Of a stretch of 35,653 nt of DNA, positions 18,817-26,468 are shown in pieces. This stretch comes from Candidatus Tepidifontimicrobium thermophilum. GTDB lineage: Bacteria; Sysuimicrobiota; Sysuimicrobiia; Sysuimicrobiales; Sysuimicrobiaceae. The translations under genes were made by a program, and so were the position numbers. The notes under the pieces are model-generated. The model had not been told where the DNA came from. It did not search any database and was given only the letters and a program-made list of their open reading frames with translations. Positions within the stretch are counted from its first letter, which is position 1. Each line of letters opens with the position of its first letter. The stretch is from NCBI GenBank assembly GCA_031459915.1, contig JAVKHO010000024.1, forward strand, positions 1 to 35,653. Direction: 5' to 3'.

Positions 18817-20179
18817 GATGCTCCGCCTCACCGCGGGGGGCATCGCCGCCTGGACGCTGGGAGCCCCGAGGTGGTCGTGGTCAGCTCCGGCTTCCGACCC
18901 GTACGCGGCCGCCAGGATCGACTGGCGCCAGCTGGCGGGTGAGCGGATCCACATCCTCGTCACGCCTGCCCACTACTTCACCAAGTTCCGGGCCATCACG
19001 CCGGAGTTCACCCGCCTCACGGGCATCGAGGTCACCTTCGAGGTGATCCCGCCCCGGGAGATGCGGGAGAAGGCCGTGCTGGACCTCAGCGCCCGCACGG
19101 GCAACTACGCCAGCCACACCGCGGACCCCATGTACCTGCCCCTGTACGCGGTCAACAACTGGGTGGAGCCCCTGGACCTGTTCCTCAACGACCACAAGCT
19201 GACGGACCGCGCCTGGTTCGACCTGGAGGACATCGTCCCCCTGTGGCGGCGTCACAACACCGTCCGGGGCCGCCTGTGGGGGATGCCCGTGGAGGGCGAG
19301 GTCACCATCCACATCTACCGGAAGGACGTCTACGACCAGCTGGGGTTGCGCCCCCCGGAGACCCTGGACGAGCTGCGGGAGACCGCGCGGCGCGCCCATG
19401 CTCCTGCCCGCAACCTGTACGGTCTGGCCCTGCGCGGCTTCCGGGGCGCGGGCCAGAACATGTACATCTGGCCCTCCCTGTTCCGCGCGTACGGCGGCCA
19501 GTGGTTCGACCACGCGGGCCGGCCCACGGTGAACAGCGAGGCAGGGGTCCGGGCCCTGGAGTACTACGTGAGCGTGTTACGGGAGTTCGCGCCCCGTGGG
19601 GTGGAGAACTGGAACTGGCCGGAGATCATGGAGGCCTTCGCCGCGGGAACCGTAGTCCAGTACATCGACGCCAACAGCACCGCCTCCGTCATCGAGAACC
19701 CCGCCAAGTCCAAGGTGGCGGGGAAGATCGGGTACCAGCGCTGGCCGAAAGGGCCGACCGGCAAGCGGGTGACCAGCATCTGGAACTGGGCCATGCCCGT
19801 CAACGCCGCGCTTCCCGCCCGGAAGAAGCAGGCCACCTGGCTGTACATCCAGTGGCTGGCCAGCCGGCCCACCCAGCTGCGGTCCGCCACCTTCAAGGAG
19901 GCACCCGACGCGGTGGTCCGGACCGGTGTCAACCGCATGTCCATCTGGCGGGACCCGGATTACCGGAGGGTGATCGCCTTCACGCCGGACTACGCGGACG
20001 TGGTGCTGACCTCCCTCCGGGAGGACACCGACGCGGACTGGCGGCCCCGTATCCCGGAGTGGCCGGAGATCGGCGAGGTCATGGCCATCGCCATCCAGGA
20101 AGCCCTGGTGGGCCGGAAGACGCCCAAGCAGGCCCTGGACGACGCGAACGCGGAGCTGCGGAGGGTCCTGCGGCGGTGA
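18794..20179 (+). CDS. Carbohydrate-type ABC transporter substrate-binding protein with Tat signal
   Basis: LTRREML twin-arginine signal; YRKD, PPETLDEL, A(T)WLYIQW, PRIPEWPEI, TPKQALD. Confidence 0.92.
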   Translation: MERLTRREMLRLTAGGIAAWTLGAPRWSWSAPASDPYAAARIDWRQLAGERIHILVTPAHYFTKFRAITPEFTRLTGIEVTFEVIPPREMREKAVLDLSARTGNYASHTADPMYLPLYAVNNWVEPLDLFLNDHKLTDRAWFDLEDIVPLWRRHNTVRGRLWGMPVEGEVTIHIYRKDVYDQLGLRPPETLDELRETARRAHAPARNLYGLALRGFRGAGQNMYIWPSLFRAYGGQWFDHAGRPTVNSEAGVRALEYYVSVLREFAPRGVENWNWPEIMEAFAAGTVVQYIDANSTASVIENPAKSKVAGKIGYQRWPKGPTGKRVTSIWNWAMPVNAALPARKKQATWLYIQWLASRPTQLRSATFKEAPDAVVRTGVNRMSIWRDPDYRRVIAFTPDYADVVLTSLREDTDADWRPRIPEWPEIGEVMAIAIQEALVGRKTPKQALDDANAELRRVLRR

Positions 20180-21147
20180 GGCCATCCCGGATCTATCCGT
20201 CTCCGGGGGAGGGCCCCGCGGCCTCAGCCGAACTGCCGGGGGCCGTCCCAGGGGGCCGGGCTCTGCCCCGGCTGGATCGGGAGGCGCGCCTCGCCCTCCT
20301 GCTGGTGGGGCCGAGCCTAGCGGTCCTGCTGGCGGTCTCCACCGTCCCCTTGCTCGTGCTGCTGGGGGCTTCCCTGTTCCGGATCGAGCTGACCCGCCCG
20401 TGGGTCGGCGGGTTCGTGGGGGTGGCTAACTACGCCGCCATGCTGGAGGACGTCCGCTTCTGGCACAGCCTCCAGGTCACCGCTGTGTACACCCTCACCA
20501 GCGTGGCCCTCCAGCTGCTCCTGGGGCTGGCCTTCGCTTTGGCCCTCTCCGCGGTGGTCCGCGGCCAGGGGCTCCTGCGGGTGGCGGTGCTTTTGCCCAT
20601 GATCCTGACGCCCGTGGTGGTCGGCTTGGTCTGGCGGACCCTCCTCCTCACGCCCCGCTACGGGCTCCTGGACTACCTGTCGATCCTCCTCGGCCTCGGG
20701 TCCCACAGCTGGCTCGGAGACCCGCGGCTCGCCCTCGGGGCCGTGATCGTCATGCACACGTGGCAGTGGACGCCCTTCGTGTTCCTCGTCCTCGCCGCCG
20801 CCCTGGCGGCCCTCCCGGTGGAGCCCTACGAAGCCGCCCTGGTCGACGGCGCCACACCCTGGCAGCGCTTTCGCTTTCTGACCCTTCCCCTGCTCCGGCC
20901 CGCCATCGTCACCGTCGTGGTCATCCGCCTGATCATCGCGCTGCGCGCCTTCGACGCCATCTACGCGGCCACCGGCGGCGGCCCGGGGACGGCCACCGAG
21001 ATCCTGAACCTGTACGCGTACCGGGTCGCCTTCAACTCCCTCAACCTCGGGTACGGAGCGGCGCTGACCACGGCCCTCCTCCTTTTCACCCTTGGCGCTA
21101 CCGTCGTCTTCGGACGGGTGCGCGGTGCCGTGGAGGCCTCGCCTTGA
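20176..21147 (+). CDS. Carbohydrate ABC transporter permease (MalF-like)
   Basis: FVGVANY, WQWTPF, EAALVDGA EAA loop, TGGGPGTATE; GTGA overlap. Confidence 0.92.
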   Translation: MRPSRIYPSPGEGPAASAELPGAVPGGRALPRLDREARLALLLVGPSLAVLLAVSTVPLLVLLGASLFRIELTRPWVGGFVGVANYAAMLEDVRFWHSLQVTAVYTLTSVALQLLLGLAFALALSAVVRGQGLLRVAVLLPMILTPVVVGLVWRTLLLTPRYGLLDYLSILLGLGSHSWLGDPRLALGAVIVMHTWQWTPFVFLVLAAALAALPVEPYEAALVDGATPWQRFRFLTLPLLRPAIVTVVVIRLIIALRAFDAIYAATGGGPGTATEILNLYAYRVAFNSLNLGYGAALTTALLLFTLGATVVFGRVRGAVEASP

Positions 21148-21974
21148 GCTGCGCGACCGTGACTTCCCTCCGGGCACTGCCGCGCGTGGCCGCTATGCTG
21201 GTCGCCGTAGCCGTCTGGGTGGTGCCGGTCCTGTGGGTGGTGGCCACTTCCCTCAAGCCGCGGACGGACATCTTCACCCTGCCGCCCCGACTGTGGTTCA
21301 CGCCAACTTTCGAGCACTATCGGGTGGCGCTCGGAACTGCGGACATCCTCCGAGGCCTGAGCAACAGCGCCTTGGTGGCGACGCTCACCATGCTCCTGAC
21401 ACTCCTGATCTCGATCCCGGCCGGTTACGCGTACGCGCGGCTACGTTTCCCGTACCGGGAGCCGCTGTTCTTTTACACCCTCTTCACGCAGATGGCTCCC
21501 CCCGTGGGGTTTCTGATCCCCTTCTTCCTGGCCTTCTCCAGACTGCGACTGCTGGACACCCACGCGGGGATCGTGCTGATCTACCTGAGCATGAGCGTTC
21601 CCTTTGCCGTGTGGCTGATGACGACCTACTTCCTGGACGTGCCGCGCGAACTGGAGGAAGCCGCGCTGGTGGACGGTTGCTCGCGGGGCCGCGCGCTGGT
21701 CCGGGTGGTGCTCCCCCAGGTCTACGGGGGCGTAGCGGTCACCGCCGTCCTCTCGTTCATCAACGCGTGGAACGAGTTCATCTACGCCTCCGTGCTAACC
21801 GGGGCACGGGTCCGGATGGCTCCCGTGGCCATTTTTGGCTTCCTGACGACCGAGGAAACCCTCTGGGGGCCCTTCGCCGCCACCGCGGTCCTGATCATGG
21901 GTCCGGTGGTCGTCCTGGCCCTGCTGGCCCAGCGCCAGATCGTGCGGGGCCTGACTCTCGGAGCGTTCCGGTAG
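21144..21974 (+). CDS. Carbohydrate ABC transporter permease (MalG-like)
   Basis: TSLKP, NS, AGYAYAR, ELEEAALVDG, WNEF, RGLTLGA; TTGA overlap with GGAGG RBS. Confidence 0.92.
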   Translation: MSCATVTSLRALPRVAAMLVAVAVWVVPVLWVVATSLKPRTDIFTLPPRLWFTPTFEHYRVALGTADILRGLSNSALVATLTMLLTLLISIPAGYAYARLRFPYREPLFFYTLFTQMAPPVGFLIPFFLAFSRLRLLDTHAGIVLIYLSMSVPFAVWLMTTYFLDVPRELEEAALVDGCSRGRALVRVVLPQVYGGVAVTAVLSFINAWNEFIYASVLTGARVRMAPVAIFGFLTTEETLWGPFAATAVLIMGPVVVLALLAQRQIVRGLTLGAFR

Positions 21975-21988
21975 AGGAGGTGAACCGA

Positions 21989-23929
21989 TTGGCCCGCAAA
22001 CCGGACAAGTTGCTCGTCCTCGGTCTCGACGCCGCACTGCCGGACCTGTTGCGCCGGTTCAGCGAAGAGGGAGCGATCCCCCACCTCCGGTCCCTCATGG
22101 ACCGCGGGGTGTTCAGCCGGGCCATCACCACCTTCCCGCCCCTTACGGCGGCGGCTTGGTCCGCCATCGTGACGGGAGCCGCCACGGGCAGCACGGGGGT
22201 ACCCAGCCTCATGGTCCACTTCCCCGGCGAGCCGCTGGACCGGTGGCACACCTCCTTCGACCGGAGGGTGCAGCTCGCGGAAACTCTGTGGGAGGCGGGC
22301 CTGCGAGCGGGAAGAGTTCCCGCCCTGATCAACTGGCCGGTCACGTGGCCCCTGGGTCTGGAGCGGGGCGTCCAGGTGGCAGCAGCTCTGAATCCTCCCT
22401 TCCGGTTCTTCTACATGCCCTTGTTCGACATCGCCAGCAGCTCCTTTTTCGCCACGCGCCGGTATCCCTGTAACCAGGTGCCCGGCCGGATGGTGGTGGT
22501 GCAGCCCCGGCCAGCCTCGGACTGGGCCGGGCTGGAGGACAGCCGCCTGCCACCACTGGAGTTCACCATCGAAGTGCCGCCCACGTACGCCCGGGGCCCG
22601 CGGTACCGCGTTGCGGTGGTGGCCCGGTCGGAGTCGGGGTACGACGAGGTGGTCGTCTCGCCGGTCCCCGACGTCCGCGCCGCCGTGGCGCGGTTGCGCC
22701 CCGGGGAACTCAGCCCCTGGGTGTACGGGACGTTCGAGACCGGCGGGCAGGTGCGCCGCGGGCGGTTCCGGTTCCAGCTGGTGGCCCTGAGCCCGGACGG
22801 GCAGGACGTGCGCCTGTACGTGACCGCCGTCAACACCGCCGAGCCCTACACGGTGCCGCCCGAGCTGACCACGGAGGTGGAGAAAGCCGCCGGCCCCTAC
22901 ATGGAGGTGGACGACCCCTGGGCGTTCATGGACGGCTGGATCCCCTTGGAAGCCTTCCTGGCCCAGCTGACCGCACACAACGAGTGGTGGCAGCGCGCCA
23001 CCTCCTACATCCTCCGCACGCAGCCGTGGGACCTCGCCTTCTCCTGGGTCGGCACCATCGACCACATCCAGCACGTCCTGTACGGCGGCATCGAACCCCG
23101 TGCCCGAACCTACGACCCGGACACCGCGGACCGGTGGTGGGCAGCCATCCGCCGCGTGTACCAGGAGGTGGACGCCGGCGTGGGGGAGATCCTGAAGTGC
23201 GTGGACCCTGACCGCACGGTGATCCTGGCGGTTTCCGACCACGGGTTCACCCACCTGGACTTCTTCCCCTTCATCAAGTACGCGCTGGCGGAGGCCGGCC
23301 TGATCCACTTCACCTTGGACCCCGAGACTGGGCAGATGCAGGTGGACTGGTCCCGGACGAAGTGCTACCCCCTGGAGCCCGGCCACGCTCACATCTTCAT
23401 CAACCTTAAGGGACGCGACCCTGATGGCTGCGTGGACCCCGCCGATTACGAGCGGGTGCAGGACCAGATCATCGACGCCCTTATGCGGCTCAAGGATCCG
23501 GTCACCGGCGAGACCGTCGTGGCGGTCGCGGTGCGCAAGCAGGACGCCCGGATCCTGGGGATCCACCCCGGGCCGGGTTTTGACCGGATCGGGGACGTGC
23601 TGTACGCGTGGAAGCCCGGCTACATGGCCAACCCTTACGTCTACCGGGCAGCGGTGAAGTACTTCGACGGGACCGAGCGCATCACGGTCAACCGAGAACT
23701 GTTTGAGGCCTCCCGTCTGCTTCACAACTTCACCGGGGCGCACCTCACGTTGCCCACGGTGCCCGAGATGCACGCGGCGGTGATCCTGGCCGGACCCGGA
23801 ATCCGCCACGTGTGGCCGGACCAGCCCATCGACCTCGTCGACCTCGCCCCGACCCTGGCCCCGCTGCTGGGGATCCCGACCCCGCGCCACGCGGAGGGAC
23901 GCGTCCGTCCCGAGCTGCTGGAGCCGTAA
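21989..23929 (+). CDS. Alkaline phosphatase superfamily, nucleotide pyrophosphatase/phosphodiesterase-like hydrolase
   Basis: VLGLDAA, PPLTAAAW (Thr nucleophile), DHIQH, VSDHGF, GAH, DLAPT; TTG at 21989 after AGGAGGTGA; no signal peptide. Confidence 0.88.
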   Translation: MARKPDKLLVLGLDAALPDLLRRFSEEGAIPHLRSLMDRGVFSRAITTFPPLTAAAWSAIVTGAATGSTGVPSLMVHFPGEPLDRWHTSFDRRVQLAETLWEAGLRAGRVPALINWPVTWPLGLERGVQVAAALNPPFRFFYMPLFDIASSSFFATRRYPCNQVPGRMVVVQPRPASDWAGLEDSRLPPLEFTIEVPPTYARGPRYRVAVVARSESGYDEVVVSPVPDVRAAVARLRPGELSPWVYGTFETGGQVRRGRFRFQLVALSPDGQDVRLYVTAVNTAEPYTVPPELTTEVEKAAGPYMEVDDPWAFMDGWIPLEAFLAQLTAHNEWWQRATSYILRTQPWDLAFSWVGTIDHIQHVLYGGIEPRARTYDPDTADRWWAAIRRVYQEVDAGVGEILKCVDPDRTVILAVSDHGFTHLDFFPFIKYALAEAGLIHFTLDPETGQMQVDWSRTKCYPLEPGHAHIFINLKGRDPDGCVDPADYERVQDQIIDALMRLKDPVTGETVVAVAVRKQDARILGIHPGPGFDRIGDVLYAWKPGYMANPYVYRAAVKYFDGTERITVNRELFEASRLLHNFTGAHLTLPTVPEMHAAVILAGPGIRHVWPDQPIDLVDLAPTLAPLLGIPTPRHAEGRVRPELLEP

Positions 23930-23994
23930 GCCGTGCGCCCGCCGGAGCTCTGGTACCCTGATGGCTGGAGCGCCATCGTGCTTGGAGGTGCGGC

Positions 23995-25284
23995 ATGGGC
24001 AAGGACCTCGGGATCCTGGTGGGCGGCGGTCCGGCACCGGGCATCAACGGGGTGATCAGCGCGGTCACCATCGAGGCGCGGAACCGGGGCCTTCGCGTGT
24101 GGGGCTTCTACGACGGCTGGCAGTGGCTCATGCGGGAAGACCCCGTGAGCCTTCGGGAGCGGGGCCTGGTGCGCGAGCTTCGGATCGAGGACGTGTCCCG
24201 CATCCACTTCGACGGCGGGTCCATCCTCCGGACGTCGCGGGCCAACCCCACCCGTAACGCAGAAGACCTGGACCGGGTGGTCCGCAACCTTCAGGAGCTG
24301 GGGATCGGGTACCTGGTCACCATCGGCGGCGACGACACCGCGTTCGCTGCGGGCCGGGTGGCGGAACGGGCCGGAGGGGCGGTACGGTTCGCGCACGTCC
24401 CCAAGACCATCGACAACGACCTGCCCCTACCGGGCGGGGCCCCTACCTTCGGGTTCAACACCGCCCGGCACCTGGGCTTCCAGCTCCTGCAGAACATCAT
24501 GGAGGACTCCCGCAGCATGAACCGGTGGTACTTCGTGGCCGTCATGGGCCGGTCCGCGGGCCACCTGGCCCTGGGGATCGGCAAGGCCGCGGGCGCCACG
24601 CTGGTGCTCATCCCGGAGGAGTTCGGCCCGCGGGTGTCCCTGGAGGCGGTGTGCGACGTCCTGGAGGGAGCCATGCTCAAGCGCCGGGTGATGGGCCGAC
24701 AGGACGGGGTGGCGGTGATCGCGGAGGGGATTCTGGAGCGGGTCCCCGAGGAAGAGCTAGGGAGCCTGGAAGGCGTGCGCATCGTCCGCGACCCCTACGG
24801 CCACATCCGGCTCGCGGAGCTGGACCTGGCGTACATCCTCAAGAGCATGGTGGAGGGCCGGTTCGCCCGACGTGGCGACCCCGTGACCATCGTGCACAAG
24901 AGCCTGGGCTACGAGCTGCGGTGCGCGCCCCCGGTGGCGTCGGACTCGGAGTACGTGCGGGACCTGGGCTTCGGCGCGGTGGAGTTCCTGCTGGGCGACC
25001 ACCCCGGCTCCGGTGCCCTCATCTGCCGGGACGGCGACCGGCTGCGCTTCGTGGACTTCCGCGAGCTGCTGGACCCGGAGACCGGCCGGCCCCGCACGCG
25101 TCTGGTGGACATCCACTCCACCAGCTACCGGGTGGCGCGCAAGTACATGATCCGGCTGGAACCCCAGGACTTCGAGGACCCCGAACAGCTGCGGAGACTG
25201 GCGGAGGCCGCGAGGACCACCCCGGAAGAGTTCCGGCGGCGGTACCGGCACGCCGCCGAACTGGCGGCTACCACAGGTACCTGA
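23995..25284 (+). CDS. pfp: Pyrophosphate-dependent phosphofructokinase
   Basis: GGGPAPGIN, GGDDT and PKTIDND (the Asp/Lys pair typical of PPi-type enzymes), MGR, GYELRC. Confidence 0.88.
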   Translation: MGKDLGILVGGGPAPGINGVISAVTIEARNRGLRVWGFYDGWQWLMREDPVSLRERGLVRELRIEDVSRIHFDGGSILRTSRANPTRNAEDLDRVVRNLQELGIGYLVTIGGDDTAFAAGRVAERAGGAVRFAHVPKTIDNDLPLPGGAPTFGFNTARHLGFQLLQNIMEDSRSMNRWYFVAVMGRSAGHLALGIGKAAGATLVLIPEEFGPRVSLEAVCDVLEGAMLKRRVMGRQDGVAVIAEGILERVPEEELGSLEGVRIVRDPYGHIRLAELDLAYILKSMVEGRFARRGDPVTIVHKSLGYELRCAPPVASDSEYVRDLGFGAVEFLLGDHPGSGALICRDGDRLRFVDFRELLDPETGRPRTRLVDIHSTSYRVARKYMIRLEPQDFEDPEQLRRLAEAARTTPEEFRRRYRHAAELAATTGT

Positions 25285-25696
25285 AGCGGTCCGCGAACCG
25301 CCTCTCCAGCTCCTCCCGGTGCAGGTGGTACACGGGGCAGTTGCGCAGCATGCACACGTGCAGGGCGTGGTTACAGTAGGCGTCGGGGACCTCCCAGCAC
25401 CGGCGGTTGACGAAGTACGCCTGGCAGACGCCCTTCCGCGGGTCGTACTGCGCCAGCTCCGTCCAGCGGGGCCCCTCCGGGGCTTCCGCTTCGGGCCGCA
25501 GGTACCGGACCGTGGCGCGCCGGGGCTCCTCCGCCTCCGGTTCGGCCGGCTGAGGGGGCTGCAGGTCCTCGGGGCGCGGCAGCAGGGGCCGGGCCGCCGG
25601 TGCCGCGGTCCCAGACTCCAGCTCCTCCATCCGCTGGCGGGTGTCCTGGATCAGCGCCCTAATTCCGCGCCGCAGCTCTTCCCGCGACCTGCTCAC
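25268..25696 (-). CDS. Hypothetical ParA-associated protein with a C-terminal Cys-rich domain
   Basis: AGAGGTGA RBS, GTG start 38 nt inside the parA 3' end; N-terminal LRRGIRALI; C-x8-C-x7-C-x6-C-x4-C motif. Confidence 0.75.
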   Translation of the reverse strand: MSRSREELRRGIRALIQDTRQRMEELESGTAAPAARPLLPRPEDLQPPQPAEPEAEEPRRATVRYLRPEAEAPEGPRWTELAQYDPRKGVCQAYFVNRRCWEVPDAYCNHALHVCMLRNCPVYHLHREELERRFADRFRYLW

Positions 25697-26468
25697 GGGC
25701 GATCACCTCTTTCGCGAGCGCCATGTACTCCTGCGCGCCCCTGGAATGGGGCTGGTGCAGGAAGATGGGGACCCCCACCATGGCGGACTCCACCAGCTTG
25801 ATGCTGAAGTGGATGGTGGTGTTGAACACCCGGTCCCCGAAGAACTCGTAGATCCCCCGCACGATCTCCCGGCTGACGTTGTTCCGGGCGTCGTACATGG
25901 TGGCCACCACGCCCAGGATCTCCACCGCGTGGCCCACTTCATCCCGGACCATCTGCAGGGTCCGCATGAGCTGCCGCATTCCCAACAGGGCGTAGTAGTG
26001 AGTCTGGATGGGGATGATGACCTGGTCACAGGCCACCAGAGCGTTCAGGGTCAGCAGCCCGAGAGACGGCGGGGTGTCCACCAGCACGAAGTCGTAGCGA
26101 TCCCGCACGGGCTGCAGCTTGCGGCGCAGGGCGTGCTCCCGGCCCATGCGGGCCACCAGCTCCAGCTCCGCGCCCGCCAGGTCGATGGACGACGGCGCCA
26201 CCACGAGGCGGTCCACGCTGCTGGGCCGGAGGATGTCCTCGAGCCGCACCGCCCCCCCGTCCGCGGGAGCGTCCACCAGCACGTGGTACAGGGTGGCGCT
26301 CAGCTCCGCGGGGTCCAGGCCCAGGCTCACGGTGGCGTTGGCCTGCGGGTCCAGGTCCACCAGGAGCACCTCGTGCCCCAGGGCGGCCAGGCAGGCGGCC
26401 AGGTTCACCGCGGTGGTGGTCTTCCCGCAGCCGCCCTTCTGGTTCACGAGGGCGATGACCTTGGACAT
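25659..26468 (-). CDS. parA: ParA/Soj family ATPase (orphan, no adjacent parB)
   Basis: Deviant Walker A NQKGGCGKTTT, DLDPQANAT, DTPPSLG, TMYDAR; ATG at 26468 overlaps the cca stop (TGATG). Confidence 0.93.
   Translation of the reverse strand: MSKVIALVNQKGGCGKTTTAVNLAACLAALGHEVLLVDLDPQANATVSLGLDPAELSATLYHVLVDAPADGGAVRLEDILRPSSVDRLVVAPSSIDLAGAELELVARMGREHALRRKLQPVRDRYDFVLVDTPPSLGLLTLNALVACDQVIIPIQTHYYALLGMRQLMRTLQMVRDEVGHAVEILGVVATMYDARNNVSREIVRGIYEFFGDRVFNTTIHFSIKLVESAMVGVPIFLHQPHSRGAQEYMALAKEVIAREQVAGRAAARN

Noticed and set aside
21092..23929. 945-aa version of the phosphodiesterase
   Set aside because: The first 299 codons overlap the permease in another frame; a strong RBS supports TTG 21989.
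14251..23994. Mobile element or integrative island call for the catabolic locus
   Set aside because: No integrase, transposase, tRNA target or flanking direct repeats were seen; accessory status is inferred from gene content only.
21782..24037. 751-aa minus-strand ORF
   Set aside because: Antisense shadow of the phosphodiesterase gene with no motifs.
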